DNA of 63,695 bases, counting the filler, from Octopus bimaculoides (taxonomy: Eukaryota), in NCBI RefSeq assembly GCF_001194135.2. It is 5 parts of 4 records of this genome, joined end to end, with 100 filler letters (N's around TTAATTAATTAA, not from the genome) between each part and the next. Parts side by side here need not be neighbours in the genome. Positions count along the whole stretch, not along the records: positions 1 to 25,559 come from NC_068986.1; 4 more parts are not named here. One strand, given 5' to 3'. Shown here piece after piece: positions 1 through 12,458 of the stretch. The position numbers and the translations under genes were made by a program. Positions within the stretch are counted from its first letter, which is position 1. Every line of letters starts with the position of its first letter. Under the pieces are notes generated by a model, which was not told where the DNA came from, did no database searches, and worked only from the letters and a program-made list of their open reading frames with translations.

Positions 1-72
1 ATATATAGATATATATATATATAGATAGATAGAGAGAGAGAGGAGAGACAGACAGACAGGCACAGACAGATA
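1..72. repeat. Compound microsatellite (TA)n/(GATA)n/(GA)n/(GACA)n
   Basis: Directly visible. Confidence 0.9.
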
Positions 73-1038
73 GTTTGGTTTTGATTTGTCCATCTTTTAT
101 TAAGTGGGGGGAAATCTTTTCCATGTTCAGCTACTTTGTAGCAATAAAAAATTCAGTGGTGGAATAATCATGTTTAATCTATTTCTTATCTATTTTATAC
201 TTAAGACAAACCATAAATTTCAAACCACATAAGTGTATTTTGATAAAAACTAGACTTCTTCAGTATGATGTCAAATTTAAGACTTCGAAAAAAACCAAAA
301 CAGATATCAGTTTTCAAATTATTAAGGTAAAGAATAAAGTACTCACAGAATTTTTTTTTTTTTTCTTTTTCAAATTAGAAATACAGCAAAAAAGAAAAAG
401 GGAGACAAAATGTAGAATATTTTTTTCCCCTGCTATAAAGTTTGATGGCAGTTTCCTCGTAAATTTAAGAATTCAATTGTTAATAAAAACCTTTTTTCTC
501 CAATCAAGGCTATTTTTTCCCTTTAAATTCTAGATCACAGCCATAACCCTACAATGTACGTGTTTGTTTATTTAGGACAAGGATATATGTGTGTGTTTGT
601 GTGTTTGTATGTGTGTGTATAGCATTATAAGTGCACATATACATATTCATACACTTTTACTGGTTCCAACCAGTTGGCTATGACATGCTGAAGCATGGCT
701 GCAATCGAATGACTGAAACCAATAAAAGATAAACAAAGTCTATATAAAAGAGGTATTTCAGACAGTTCTGTCAAAGCAAAACAAGCATTAATATATTTAC
801 AGAATAAGTGGTGCCTGAATGGGATATAGACAGCACTGATGATGGATTAGAAGTAATAAAGAAGTAGATCTCATTAATGCAGATAATATTGGCCTTTGAA
901 AGTAGTGGGGAGTGTAGTGATTGGCAAAAGAATTGTTATGAAGTGCCATGAGATGATGATTACAACTGAAGCAAATTAGAACTGATTCAATCAAAATTTT
1001 AGGCAAGTGTTATCATGTGCATTGTTTTGTCTTGGTAT

Positions 1039-1530
1039 AAAAGATGGGCTACAGCAAATATTCTGCTCAATACCACAGATTAGCTTGTCAGTCGTTTGAC
1101 CGTAACCAGTTGAGCATGTCTCTTAGCGGTTGACGATATGTACATCTCTGTTCACGAGCAGAAGTAGTTGGGGAGCATCATAGCCATTGTGTTGAGAGGA
1201 ATTCTTTGGGGTTTTGATAATTCACCTTTGGAAACATAGGTGTTTTGTTCAACATCTTCAAACAACCTTTATTCAAGGACCTTTTGAGCATTATGGGCTA
1301 CTCGACCTGAAGAAAATTCTAACTGGACCCCACCGGCAAGGTCATGTGCTGTTTATCATGATACGAGATCACCATGTCGCACACATATGGTTGTGATGCA
1401 TGTGCCTGGTGTGCCCTTATCTGACGGGTAGTCATGATGGGTATACTGGGCTTCATATATTTTACCCCAGTGTCACTTTGATGGCATGCACTGCTCTTTC
1501 ACTCAATAATAATAATGATAATAATAATAA
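1039..1530 (+). mobile_element. 3' end of a non-LTR retroelement with a (TAA)n tail
   Basis: Non-coding ~490 bp segment ending in AATAATAATAAT..., which I recognise as an interspersed octopus repeat. Family assignment is uncertain. Confidence 0.5.
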
Positions 1531-1539
1531 GCTTTTCAA

Positions 1540-1740
1540 CAATATACACAAGGCCTGGATTTTTGTGGGACAGGGGCAATTGATCACATCGACCCCAGTA
1601 CTTGACTGGTACTTAATTTATCAACTCTGAAAGGATGAAAAGCAAAGTCGACCTCAGTAGAATTTGAACTCAGAATGTAGTGACAGATGGAATGCCGTTA
1701 AGCATTTCACCTGACGTGCTAACAATTCCAACTCACCACA
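1540..1740 (-). mobile_element. SINE family B, degenerate copy
   Basis: Reverse complement of the GAGTTCAAATTC...GAGGTCGACTTTGC.TTTCATCCTTTC core seen in many copies in this window. Confidence 0.75.
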
Positions 1741-3187
1741 TTGATGATGATGATGATGATGAGAAGAAGAAGAAGAAGAAGAAACTGAATATATGAGACT
1801 AGTGCATTGTTATTAGAGAAGTTAAAAAGGATGGCCTTAATCACTACAAATCACCCATCCCCAAAATGTGTTGACCTAATTATTTATCACCATGTATCCT
1901 TATTATATACTCATATGATAACAAGCCATTATACCATACCATTTTAAAGAGAGAAAGACATTAGGCAATGTAGTCTTGGACACGTGTCTTAAAATAAGAT
2001 TGGATGATCATGGTTGGATTGCTTCGATCGTAGGCCTGCTTGATTAGAGCTAATCTAAAGTTAAACAACATTAAATATTGATTGTGAGAAAGAAAGGGTA
2101 AAAATACAACAATTTCTGGTTTTATTATTGATTTACAACAGGGTCACACATTTCAAGGATGGAAGCGATCAGTTCATTGACTCAAATACTTGACTGGTAC
2201 CTACTTTATTAATTCCGGAAGGATGAAAGACAAAGTTGAGATTTGGGAGATCTTGGGCTCAAGAGAAATCAAATAATTAGCCATATCTCAAGGAAGTAGC
2301 TTCTTTCTCTTCACAAAATAAACACAACATATTAGTCAATGATCTTCAGATGGTTTTAACAACAGTAAAAGCATATATATTTCAGAAACTGACAATTAGC
2401 TTCATTAATGTAAAAACACTGCCATAATTATGACATGTCTTGAATTATTCAGTAAAACCATACATTTTCAACTATTTTGATTATTGTTTTAATAGCTATG
2501 GTCAGCACTAGCTGAGCAGACATGTTGGGCAGTGGGTAGCAATGTTAATGAAGGGGCTTATTTTCATTAAACCTACAGAGAAAATAAATTCATTTCAAGA
2601 TTAATGATTCTTAACCAAGGAGGTAGTGCCCCTTTCAGAACGTTGTGAGCTCATGAAGAGGTGTCATGAGGAGGGGAAGGCACAGGGTGTTTAGGGAAAA
2701 TAAAAATTTAAAAACAAAAAATTATACACACATTTTCAAAAAAAAAAAATTCTTTGTCAGAACTAGAATGTGACTGACAACACATCAAGGTTCAGTATCA
2801 TTTCATTCTATGAACCCTTGCCTTCTTCAGTAATTTTCATAAAAATTTAATATAAGGGACACTAGTCCATGCAAACATTTAAAAAGTGACACATGGAATA
2901 GTACAAGAACATTTAAGTAATAGATTACTGTGCAAAATTAGCCGTTTAGGAGGCAGTTGTAAAACACCAAGCTCCGAAAGGTTGAGAATTACTTGCAAGC
3001 AACTAGCATTAAAAGAAAAGCAAAATAATGGACAAACAATCATTCCAGCTCAGTTCGAATTATTTATAACGCCAGAATCAAGAGACCCTACTAGATCTGT
3101 ATTTAGTGTGCAAAATGCTCTTCTGACATATTTTTTCCTCAAACATATTGTGATATTCATAATTAGCATCACAACATTCTCTCTATT

Positions 3188-3221
<34 letters not shown>

Positions 3222-3710
3222 TTGTTTTGTATATTGTTTGTTTCACGTTTGAATAAGGAAGAAAACTCTAGTTGAATACATTCTGCTAAAGTAAATTAAG
3301 CTAAGAACAAAAGTCATTAATTATCAGAGAGGGAAAAATTCTTTGTAAAATTACAGAAAATAAAATAAAATAAAATAAATAAAAATCAATATGATGATCC
3401 TAATTAAGCTATTGAGAAGATTATAATTTCAGCAATTATTATCAAACATTACAATATTTCTATGAAAAGCAACATTTATAATTATATATACTGAAAGATG
3501 TAGAAAATTTGTATTCTTGAAGTATGGGTGCAGTATAGGACAGAAATTAAGAAAATGAAAAATAAAAACCATCTTATTTTCCAGTTCTCAAATGAATCTG
3601 GTAGTAATAGTTAGCAATAAGACGATGATTTAATTAAACAAATACGACTGAGCAACATTTAACTATCAGCCAAAATAACGAAGCAAAATTTTTCAGATAC
3701 CACATAGAAT

Positions 3711-3977
3711 TCTTTTACTTGTTTCAGTCATTTGACTGCAGCCATGCTGGAACACCACCTTTAGTCGAACAAATCAACCCCAGGACTTATACTTTGTAAG
3801 CTTAATACTTATTCTATTGGTCTCTTTTGCTGAAGTTACAGGGATGTAAACACACCAACATTGGTTGCCAAGCAATGTTGAGGTGAGGGGGGGGACAATC
3901 ACAGACACACACACAAATATATATATATATATATATAACGAGCTTCTTTCAGTTTCTGTGTACCAAATCCACTCATA
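3711..3977 (-). mobile_element. SINE family A (octopus tRNA-derived type), 3' half
   Basis: Matches copies at 37148-37575 and 48470-48845 (GTTTCAGTCATTTGACTGC.GCCATGCTGG...TACCAAATCCACTCA) with an internal (TA)n/(CA)n tract. Confidence 0.8.
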
Positions 3978-3998
3978 ATGAAAACGGTAACGAGTAAC

Positions 3999-4180
3999 TT
4001 GGGAAGACAAATCGATTCATGGGAAGTACCTAAAAAGGATGCAAGAAGCACGATGTGGACCAACTGAAGACACACCTAGAAGCTAAAGCAGAAACAGAGG
4101 GCCTTATAATCACTGTACAAGACCAGAGTCTTGCAACCAGTTCCTAACAACAATATATCATCAAGGAAAAAATCTTAGAA
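3999..4180 (+). mobile_element. R4/Dong-clade LINE fragment (region C-terminal to RT), pseudogenised
   Basis: Translates WEDKSIHGKYLKRMQEA.../LKAETEGLIITVQDQSLAT, matching the W..K.LHG.Y and ETEG.I.A.QDQ motifs of R4/Dong elements, with a frameshift and stops. Confidence 0.7.
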
Positions 4181-4332
4181 TCATCATCATATTAACATCC
4201 ACTTTCTCATGCTTGCATGGATCAGACAGGGTTATTGAGGCAGATTTTCTTTCCTGCCATGAACCCACATCTGTTGCCAAGCAAGGCAACGTTTCTGCAT
4301 GACACTGACACTCATTTACAACTGTTATAAGA

Positions 4333-4388
<56 letters not shown>

Positions 4389-5911
4389 CATACATACATA
4401 CACACACACACGGTATCAACCAGACGATCAGATGTTGTTACACACCACTGATCACAATGTGTTTTATTGCTAAATGATGCCACACTCTACTAGCTAGACA
4501 GGCAGGCCAACATTCCCACTGAATAGAATGCCAGTCTGTTGCAAGGTTACCCGTTTACAGGTGAGTGAACTGGAGCTATAGTAGAAGAGGTGCCATGTAG
4601 TGGAATTGGACTTGAAATCATGTAGTTGGGAAGCCACAGAAACCTTAATCACATGTCAGTGTGTTTATAAGGTTTTCAGGTGAACTCTTCCATGATGTAA
4701 TAATATCAGTTTCAACATGCTATTTCAGATCAACGTTATTGCAAAAAAATTCAAAAATACAAATGATATTTGAAGTGAAATTAAATACGGCAATCGATTT
4801 AATGAAAAAAATTTCTATCTTGAATTTGAATTTAAATTTGTCAGTTTTGATTTTTTTCAAATTTGCTTTTAATCAAAAGCACAAACCAAATTGTAATAGT
4901 GCTGCATGAAAGGAAGAAGAGGAAAATGTTTGACAACAAGACAGGTGATTTACTTTTTAGCTTGTCATTCAGGACTTTCTATATGATTGTTTGACCTATA
5001 AGAAATAGCAGCAAACAGTCTTTCTCAAATCATGCCATCTTAAAAAAAAAGAATACATTGGGATAATGAGGTTCACTATTCCTGAAAAAAAAGACAGGAT
5101 GATCATAACTAACTTGGAACTAAATAAGAAGCCCTTATGCTAGAAATGACAGCTGAATCTCCTTCAAATATCTCTCATCTGGCTTACTACTTATGTGGCA
5201 CAAATCAAAGTCAGGCTGTGGTTACACAATAACCAACCATCTGTATCATAATTCTGTTTGAAAAGAGTTTAACAATACAAAATAACATGTCAATAGGATC
5301 CTCTCACACCAGACAAACTTGGTTCATTTTATATCCATTTTTCAATGTTTTTATGGGTTGCACAAAGCTCATCATTGAAGCATTTTTTAAGTCGGTTTTT
5401 TTTTTTTTATTGCACTTGCCTTTGAAAGTACAGAGCAACATGCCAACTTATAAATATAACATTGCTTTTTGCTCAATGGTTTCATGTGGAGGTGGGTAAT
5501 GTACACATCCACACATATTTATGACAGGCTTCTATATACCTTCCATCAATCAGTTCCACTTACAAGGCATTGATTGGCTCAAAGCTGCAGTAGAAGACAC
5601 TTGGCCAAGGTGCAATGCAGAACAATAGAACTGCATGGTACCTTGACCAAGCAAAGATTCCAAGAACTTTAATAATCTAATATATATTGCTGACACTGAC
5701 ATAAGACCAAACATAACTGATGAGATGAAAACTTTGCCTCTGTCATTCTTCCTAGGTCAGTAAATAAAGTACCAGTCTAGGGCAATAAACTAATAGAATC
5801 ATTAGAACATTGGATGAGATGCTTTGGGGGTATGTATTCCAGCCTTTTGCATTCTGAGTTCAAATCCTACAATAGCCAACTAAAGCGGAAAATTTAATCC
5901 ATCACTTAGTT

Positions 5912-6164
5912 CAGTGGTTCTCAACCAGGGCACACATGACAGTTGGGGGTTTACATAAGATTTTGTTGTTAAAATTTATGTGCAATAAATTGCTTATACT
6001 TCTACAACACACAAAAAATATTTTAATCGTTTTATACAATTCCTAATGATTTTAAAAATACAATAAGAATTTTTTTTATATATACACTGAATGGCCATGG
6101 AGGTCCAATAGAGTAAAATAGGGAACAAAGGGATCTATAGGCAAAAAATGGTTGAGAACCATTA
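5912..6164. mobile_element. hAT-type MITE
   Basis: TIRs CAGTGGTTCTCAACC / GGTTGAGAACCATTA (13/15 match) flanked by a near-perfect 8-bp TSD, ACTTAGTT / ACTTAGTA. Confidence 0.85.
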
Positions 6165-6369
6165 ACTTAGTATAACACCACCTGGTATTAAGTGCTTTAG
6201 GAGTTCACATCACTGCAAGTGTTCAGGCCAGATTTTTGGCTTCAGGATACCTTCTTCCCTCCCTCCTTTCTTACTAGCCTGTAAGGGGTCACAGCATTAC
6301 TTTCCCTTTTGACTAAGCAATAGAAAAGAAAATTTGATGGCAGAAAATACATTCAATTAAAACCAATTC

Positions 6370-6470
6370 TGGTAATTGATTAGTACTTTTTTTTTTATCA
6401 ATCCTTGAAGGATGAAAGGCAAAATCATTGATCTTCTATGGAAAGCGTAAGAATTCCTCAGATTCTAAAG
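6370..6470 (-). mobile_element. SINE family B fragment
   Basis: GAAGGATGAAAGGCAAA core in reverse orientation. Confidence 0.65.
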
Positions 6471-6814
6471 GATAAACATTTTATTGTCAACTCTCTTGTT
6501 CTGGTTGTGTGGATGTTTTTATCTCATTTGAAATTTTAAAGAAATCGGTTCAAACATTTCCAACGGATCAATCATTGTTAGTTTTTTTTACTGTGCAGCA
6601 TCAAAACAACAGTCGGCAGATTCTTCAAAAAACAAGATTTTTGATTTTTATTTGCTGGCACTTATCAACATCGAAAACCATTTGTTTGAGTGGATTTAGG
6701 ATTCAAATGAATTTAAATAATCTAAAACATTGTTATGGAGTTGTTTATCTACAATTTCTTCAATTGTCAATTACAAACTAAAAATAGAAGAAACTACATT
6801 TTATTATTATTGTT

Positions 6815-7040
6815 GCTATTATGGCAGCAAGCTGGTGGAATCATTAGCACAATGGACAAAATATTTAGCAGCATTTCATCAGTCTTTATGTTCTGAGTTC
6901 AAATTCAACCGAGGTCAACTTTGCCATTCATCCTTTTTGGGGTCGATGAAATAAATACAAGTCAAGCACTGGAGTTAATATAATTAACAGCCTTCTTTCC
7001 CAAAATTTCAGGCCTTGTGCCTAAATTAGAAAGGATTATT
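6815..7040 (+). mobile_element. SINE family B, CpG-decayed copy
   Basis: A-box-like GCTGGTGGAATCATTAGC, B-box-like GAGTTCAAATTC, then GAGGTCAACTTTGCC.TTCATCC. Confidence 0.8.
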
Positions 7041-8559
7041 ATTGTTGTTATTCATAATTAATTGCAGTTTAACCTAATTGAATAAACCTATGACCAAGGT
7101 CATTCCAGTCATGACCATTCTTTTTGATTTTGATTTTTTTTTTTTTTTTATGGCTACATTATCTTATATGTTTTGCCTTGCTGAAGAGGTTTGAATGTTA
7201 TTTGAGGAATATTGGACTGGTATTTCTAGCAGGTAGAGCAATATAAAGGCTCTGTCATTGTCTTGGTTTATAATTAGTGGGACTAGGATCAAAATAGATT
7301 TGTTTTATGACCCTTTTCACAAAATTCCTAAATAATAATAAATGAAGGATACAATTAAAGGACTGAATTGGTAAGATTACTGGACCCCAAGCTTTTCATT
7401 TTGCACACCCACAACAATATTTATTTGTACAGTGTTCCTCAACAAGAAACAACTCATATTTCTATATCCTTCCCTGACTAATTGAGAAAGCATTAACTAA
7501 GAGTAAGGCATATCAAAAGATATATCAAAAATATTTTGATATCCCAGATTTCTAAACGGTGCTATAGTGAGTGTTTGTGTGTAAGCTTTATATATTTTAC
7601 TAACATTACATATTACTATTTTATTCCCTTTGTTAGTGTTGTCTACTAAAGCCTATCTCAAATTTCAAGAGTGTTAAGTTTAATACGGGAGCCCATCCCA
7701 TCCCACTCCAGGGGAAAGTTTAAGCTCAACTCTGTAACCAAAATGAAACATTCATTAAATTTACAGTACTCAGACTATTTATGATGAATTAGTACCTATT
7801 ATAGGTTGTTGTTGTTGTTGTTTAGCCCCCAGGTCAACCCTGATCAAAAATGCTCTCCACCCCATCTTTTTCCAAACATATAATATGTAAAATGTCCACT
7901 TTATTTTTTTTGAACAGTAGAATATGTACGATAATGAGTCACATTTGGCTGCTGTTTGTAACAGATCAAGCAACTGTGCAGAGGACCATGCTGCAGATTA
8001 AATGTATTGAAACTATGATAGTTAGGTGTCTTAACCAATAGCGTCATGCTAGATACAGGATATGAACCACCAGTCTGGCAGCCTATTGATTCCATCAGCT
8101 GCGATTGTTCTGCAAGTTTGCTAAGATAACTGTGGATATTTAAAAAAAAAGGAGAACTAGGAACATGAGACTACTTTTCAATAAAAGTGTATTTAGCACA
8201 AATTCCAGTCAATGTATAAACAGACAGCTGGGGAGAGAGAGAGAGAGAAAATATAGAAGAGAATTGAGTATTTTAATGTTTTTTATGGTAAAAACACTGC
8301 AGGTTAGAGCATAAAACATATAACAGAGGTATAACATAACAGACAGGATTGAACTTGTTATCATTTTTAGCTTAATGACATAAATTCTAAGACATAAGCT
8401 CTAAGGCAATTATTGATACCTAATGTTCACCCACCATCTATTGGTAAATAGAGTTAATATGCTTGGGCCAAGACATGAATACAGGAGAGATCAATCAATA
8501 TCAAATCTAATTGACCATTTCAACTCAGTAAATTGAAATTTTCTTTTAGTGGTTTCAGT

Positions 8560-8760
8560 TGTTGGCCCATACTCATGTTGGTGAACTACCTTCAAGGATA
8601 AAGTCAATTATATTGGCAGTGGTACTTATTTTACAATTCAGCCCTCAGAAGGATGAAAGGCAAGTCAACTTGTGTGGAATTTGAACTTAGAATAGAAGGG
8701 AGACATAACCTAATATCACAAGGCATTTTTGTTTTATGCTCTGTGATTCTGCCATTCACG
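8560..8760 (-). mobile_element. SINE family B, degenerate copy
   Basis: GAAGGATGAAAGGCAAGTCAAC...GAATTTGAACT core on the reverse strand. Confidence 0.65.
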
Positions 8761-11700
8761 ATTGAGAGAGAGAGAGAGAGAACATGTGCGCAAGATATTC
8801 AGCTTCAGAGACAATTATTTTGAAAATAATATATAAAAGAGAGAGAGAGAAAAACACCACAAATCCAGAAGATATTTACAAAACAAATTATTAACCAACA
8901 AACTGAATGTAAGTAGTGCTAAACTTAATTTCAATGGTTGAGAAGACAAGGTGTCTACAAAGCAGGTCATGTAGGTGTTTTCATTACACATACATACTGT
9001 ACATCCTGCTTGTAAACTTCTTTATCCTAGATATTTCATATATCAGGCATGATGCCATGTATTTAAGGAAGATCCATCTAACTTATATCAGCAGAGTACA
9101 GACACGATAAAAATGATTAGACTGATTCAAATGTCCCATGGTGTTTGAAAGATGATGATGATGATGTTTGTGATGATCATCATCATATATTGTATTTGGC
9201 AGTTATAGCACCTGCAAGAAGAGGCAGTTGTGTAAAGAAAAAAAAGTCATAAAAATGATTTTAAAAAAAGGAGAAAACAATAAAGAATTCTTGTGCTAAC
9301 TGTAATGGATATTTAAATACATACATATATATAAATATATATTTAAAATCTTTTTTTTTTATAGCACATTTACAAACAATACAAATCTATACAAATATTA
9401 GGAAAACAATAATTCTTGTGTTTAGATTCCTGCAACATGCCAATATACTAGTGATAACATCTACGAATATAGGGATTCTAATTAAGATGAAAACCACTTC
9501 CATTAATAAGAAAGAAGATGAAATTATCCACTCATTTGAGCAATGCTGCCAGAGTAACTCTACGATGACTAACTCAATGAAGAGAGTTTATCTTCATCAC
9601 ATATGCAGCATATTTATAGCAGTGCTTTAGCAAGAGCCAAACAGATATGTTCTAGCACATTTGTTACCAATTGTACTAGATATTAAAGTAGGTAGTAGGT
9701 CAGTTCCGCCGATGTAGATACCGTGGCAACATTGTTTTGTTTTGTTTATTAATAGCTGTATGCTCTTCCTAGTATCAATCATATCTTGATTTTCACATAA
9801 TGTAAACAATTACAAAACTATTAAACATCTAAATCAGCTTTGAGTTCTATACCTAATATACTACTGGGAAGGGGAGGGTTTCAAATTACCACCACCACTC
9901 TGAAACCAAAGAGGGCACTAATTTATGGTCACTTGACCTAGTCATATCTCCCTTATGTCACACACCTCTACTGTTTTAAAGAAAAAGGAAAGCACTTGTG
10001 GATAATACAACCCCTGTCTGGGAGGGGGTGGGGAATAAAAGGTTTGATGGTTATGACAGCAATACTTCTGATCATAGATAAGCTTGTTCAGTTGGGGATG
10101 ATCTGAGATGAAATAATACAAACAACGCCACCTGGTTCGTAGATGCCTTTGAGTGGAGTTTACTCTGTTGCAAACATCAAACCAGACTCCCAATTCACTC
10201 CCTTCCCACATTGACCCCCAGATATTAAGGATGGATATCAGCTGCATCAATCTCACCTGTGTAGGAATAACTAATTAAAGGACTTCACTGAGACAAAAAA
10301 AAAAAAGAAAAGAGAACTCTAAATACCATTCAACTAAAAGCTTCAATTTTTTTTTTTTTTTTTTTGGTTAATATAAAATTATAATTCTGGTAATAAAATC
10401 TTAATTAGAAAAAATAGATATGCCAATCTGTGACCAGAACTTTTATTATTCTCTTGTTAGTCTCTATGTCAGAAGATAATATTAAGTAATATATAAAAAT
10501 GCAGTTTAGATTGTATTGTTATCATTCACAAGTCCAAGATTTAATAAAAATGTTTATTATTGGGTCATTAGGATAAAGTGTATTACCTGCAATAAAACAC
10601 TAAGAAAATTTCATAAATTCCACTTTTTATAATTCCTTCTGAATTTTGCTAATTGTCAAACTAATAATTTTTCTTTCAGAGTTTTTNNNNNNNNNNNNNN
10701 NNNNNNNNNNNNNNNNNNNNNNNNNNNNNNNNNNNNNNNNNNNNNNNNNNNNNNNNNNNNNNNNNNNNNNNNNNNNNNNNNNNNNNNNNNNNNNNNNNNN
10801 NNNNNNNNNNNNNNNNNNNNNNNNNNNNNNNNNNNNNNNNNNNNNNNNNNNNNNNNNNNNNNNNNNNNNNNNNNNNNNNNNNNNNNNNNNNNNNNNNNNN
10901 NNNNNNNNNNNNNNNNNNNNNNNNNNNNNNNNNNNNNNNNNNNNNNNNNNNNNNNNTTTTTTTTTTTTTTTTTTTTTTTTTTTTGAGTTTTAAAAATATG
11001 CTAACTAAAATCATAATAAAAAAATAAATACCGTCTTTTTCTTAAATTAAATTGATTTACCACATAAATTTCAAAACAAGTCTAGCTTCAATAGTTACTT
11101 TCCCAATTTATAAACAAATTGTCAGTGAAAATCAGAATTAGGAATGGCATTGATTTTGCTGATAGCCTAAATACAGACAAATAATTACTTTACAGCAGAT
11201 ACAAACGAAAGAAATGAGTAATTTACAATAAAGTTGTAGTATATTCTTAAATTATAAAAGCAATATCTTTAACCATAGTTATATTAAATTTATCAAACTA
11301 AAATTTCATTTTAATCATACCAAGTCAGTAGACTTACTTTATTTTATAACAATAAATGTAATTTTTGTTAATTTAAAAAAAAAAAACATTTAAAATATTG
11401 GACACATTTTAAGTGACAGTTTAATTTAAACTTAATCTACTCTCTGCATTTCTTTCTACAAACCTATCTCAATAGAAAATGTTACTGAAATTTAAAATCA
11501 AAGTAATATATCTAAGCAGAGAACCACCATTTCTAAAATCTATAAAATAAAAGTAAAACCAATACTAACACATCACACTATTTCTATTATCAAATGCAAT
11601 GTTCTCAAGTGCTTGCTTCAATCCACAAGATTCTCCATCACACACAGAGTATTTATCTACAAATGCCATTGACTTTCCTAGACTTCTACTGACAGGCTTG

Positions 11701-11971
11701 TTCTTACTGTTTTCTATTCAGCCATGATAGCTCTATAACAGTTTTAAACGTGATCAATAGATTCAATCCTATTTCCATTTTAGTCTTTTCTCAGATACAC
11801 TTTTGTTAATATATTTCCACTTGTGAAGAAATAGGAAGAAAAAAAAAAAACAATGCAAGAAATACTAAACTGTTTTTAATAACTCATTTGCAATAAAGAT
11901 ATCTAACTCATAAAGCTCTATATTTTCTCGAATGCCTCTTATCAACTTGCTGCAAGAATCCTGAGCAGGAA

Positions 11972-12458
11972 ATTGGAGAATGATACCAACTCCTCATAAC
12001 TTGTTGACACTGAACTAGGGAAAATTATATTCCAAAAGAAATTGAAATTACTTTCTGTGTTCCTAATTGTATAACTTACCACAAATAATTTAACTTATCA
12101 ATTATTAGCAGCAGTCATTTTCAAAATTGAATCAATAAAAATTTAATTTCTCTGCAGTGCCAGAAAAAATGCTCAAAACTCTGGTGTTATGAATTAATAT
12201 TTGCACTCCTTTAGAAGTTGTGGCATTTTTCATATATTTACAGAAGAAAAATGTCTTTGACAGACTTACTCATTGAAGAGATTCATCATCAATACAATCA
12301 TTATTAATTATCTATTATTCATTTCTCCTAGTATGAATTGAACCCAGAAGTGAAGACTACAATTAGGAACACAGAAAATAATTTCAATTTCTTTTGGAAT
12401 ATAATTTTTCTTAGTTCAGTGTCAACAAGTTATGTAGAGTCAGTATTATTCTACCAAC
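11972..12458. repeat. Inverted repeat: core arms 11995-12071 and 12358-12434 (74/77 identical), weaker extension to ~100 bp
   Basis: Manual reverse-complement alignment of the two arms. Confidence 0.9.

Noticed and set aside
2886-3275. 129-aa ORF
   Set aside because: No recognisable motif, runs through a (TA)n tract; probably chance or a decayed transposon.
9942-10256. 104-aa minus-strand ORF as EPC exon 2, or GEIDAADIHP* as a terminal coding exon
   Set aside because: No similarity to EPC or any family I recognise; its start coincides with a GTGAGA donor-like site, which fits intron sequence better.
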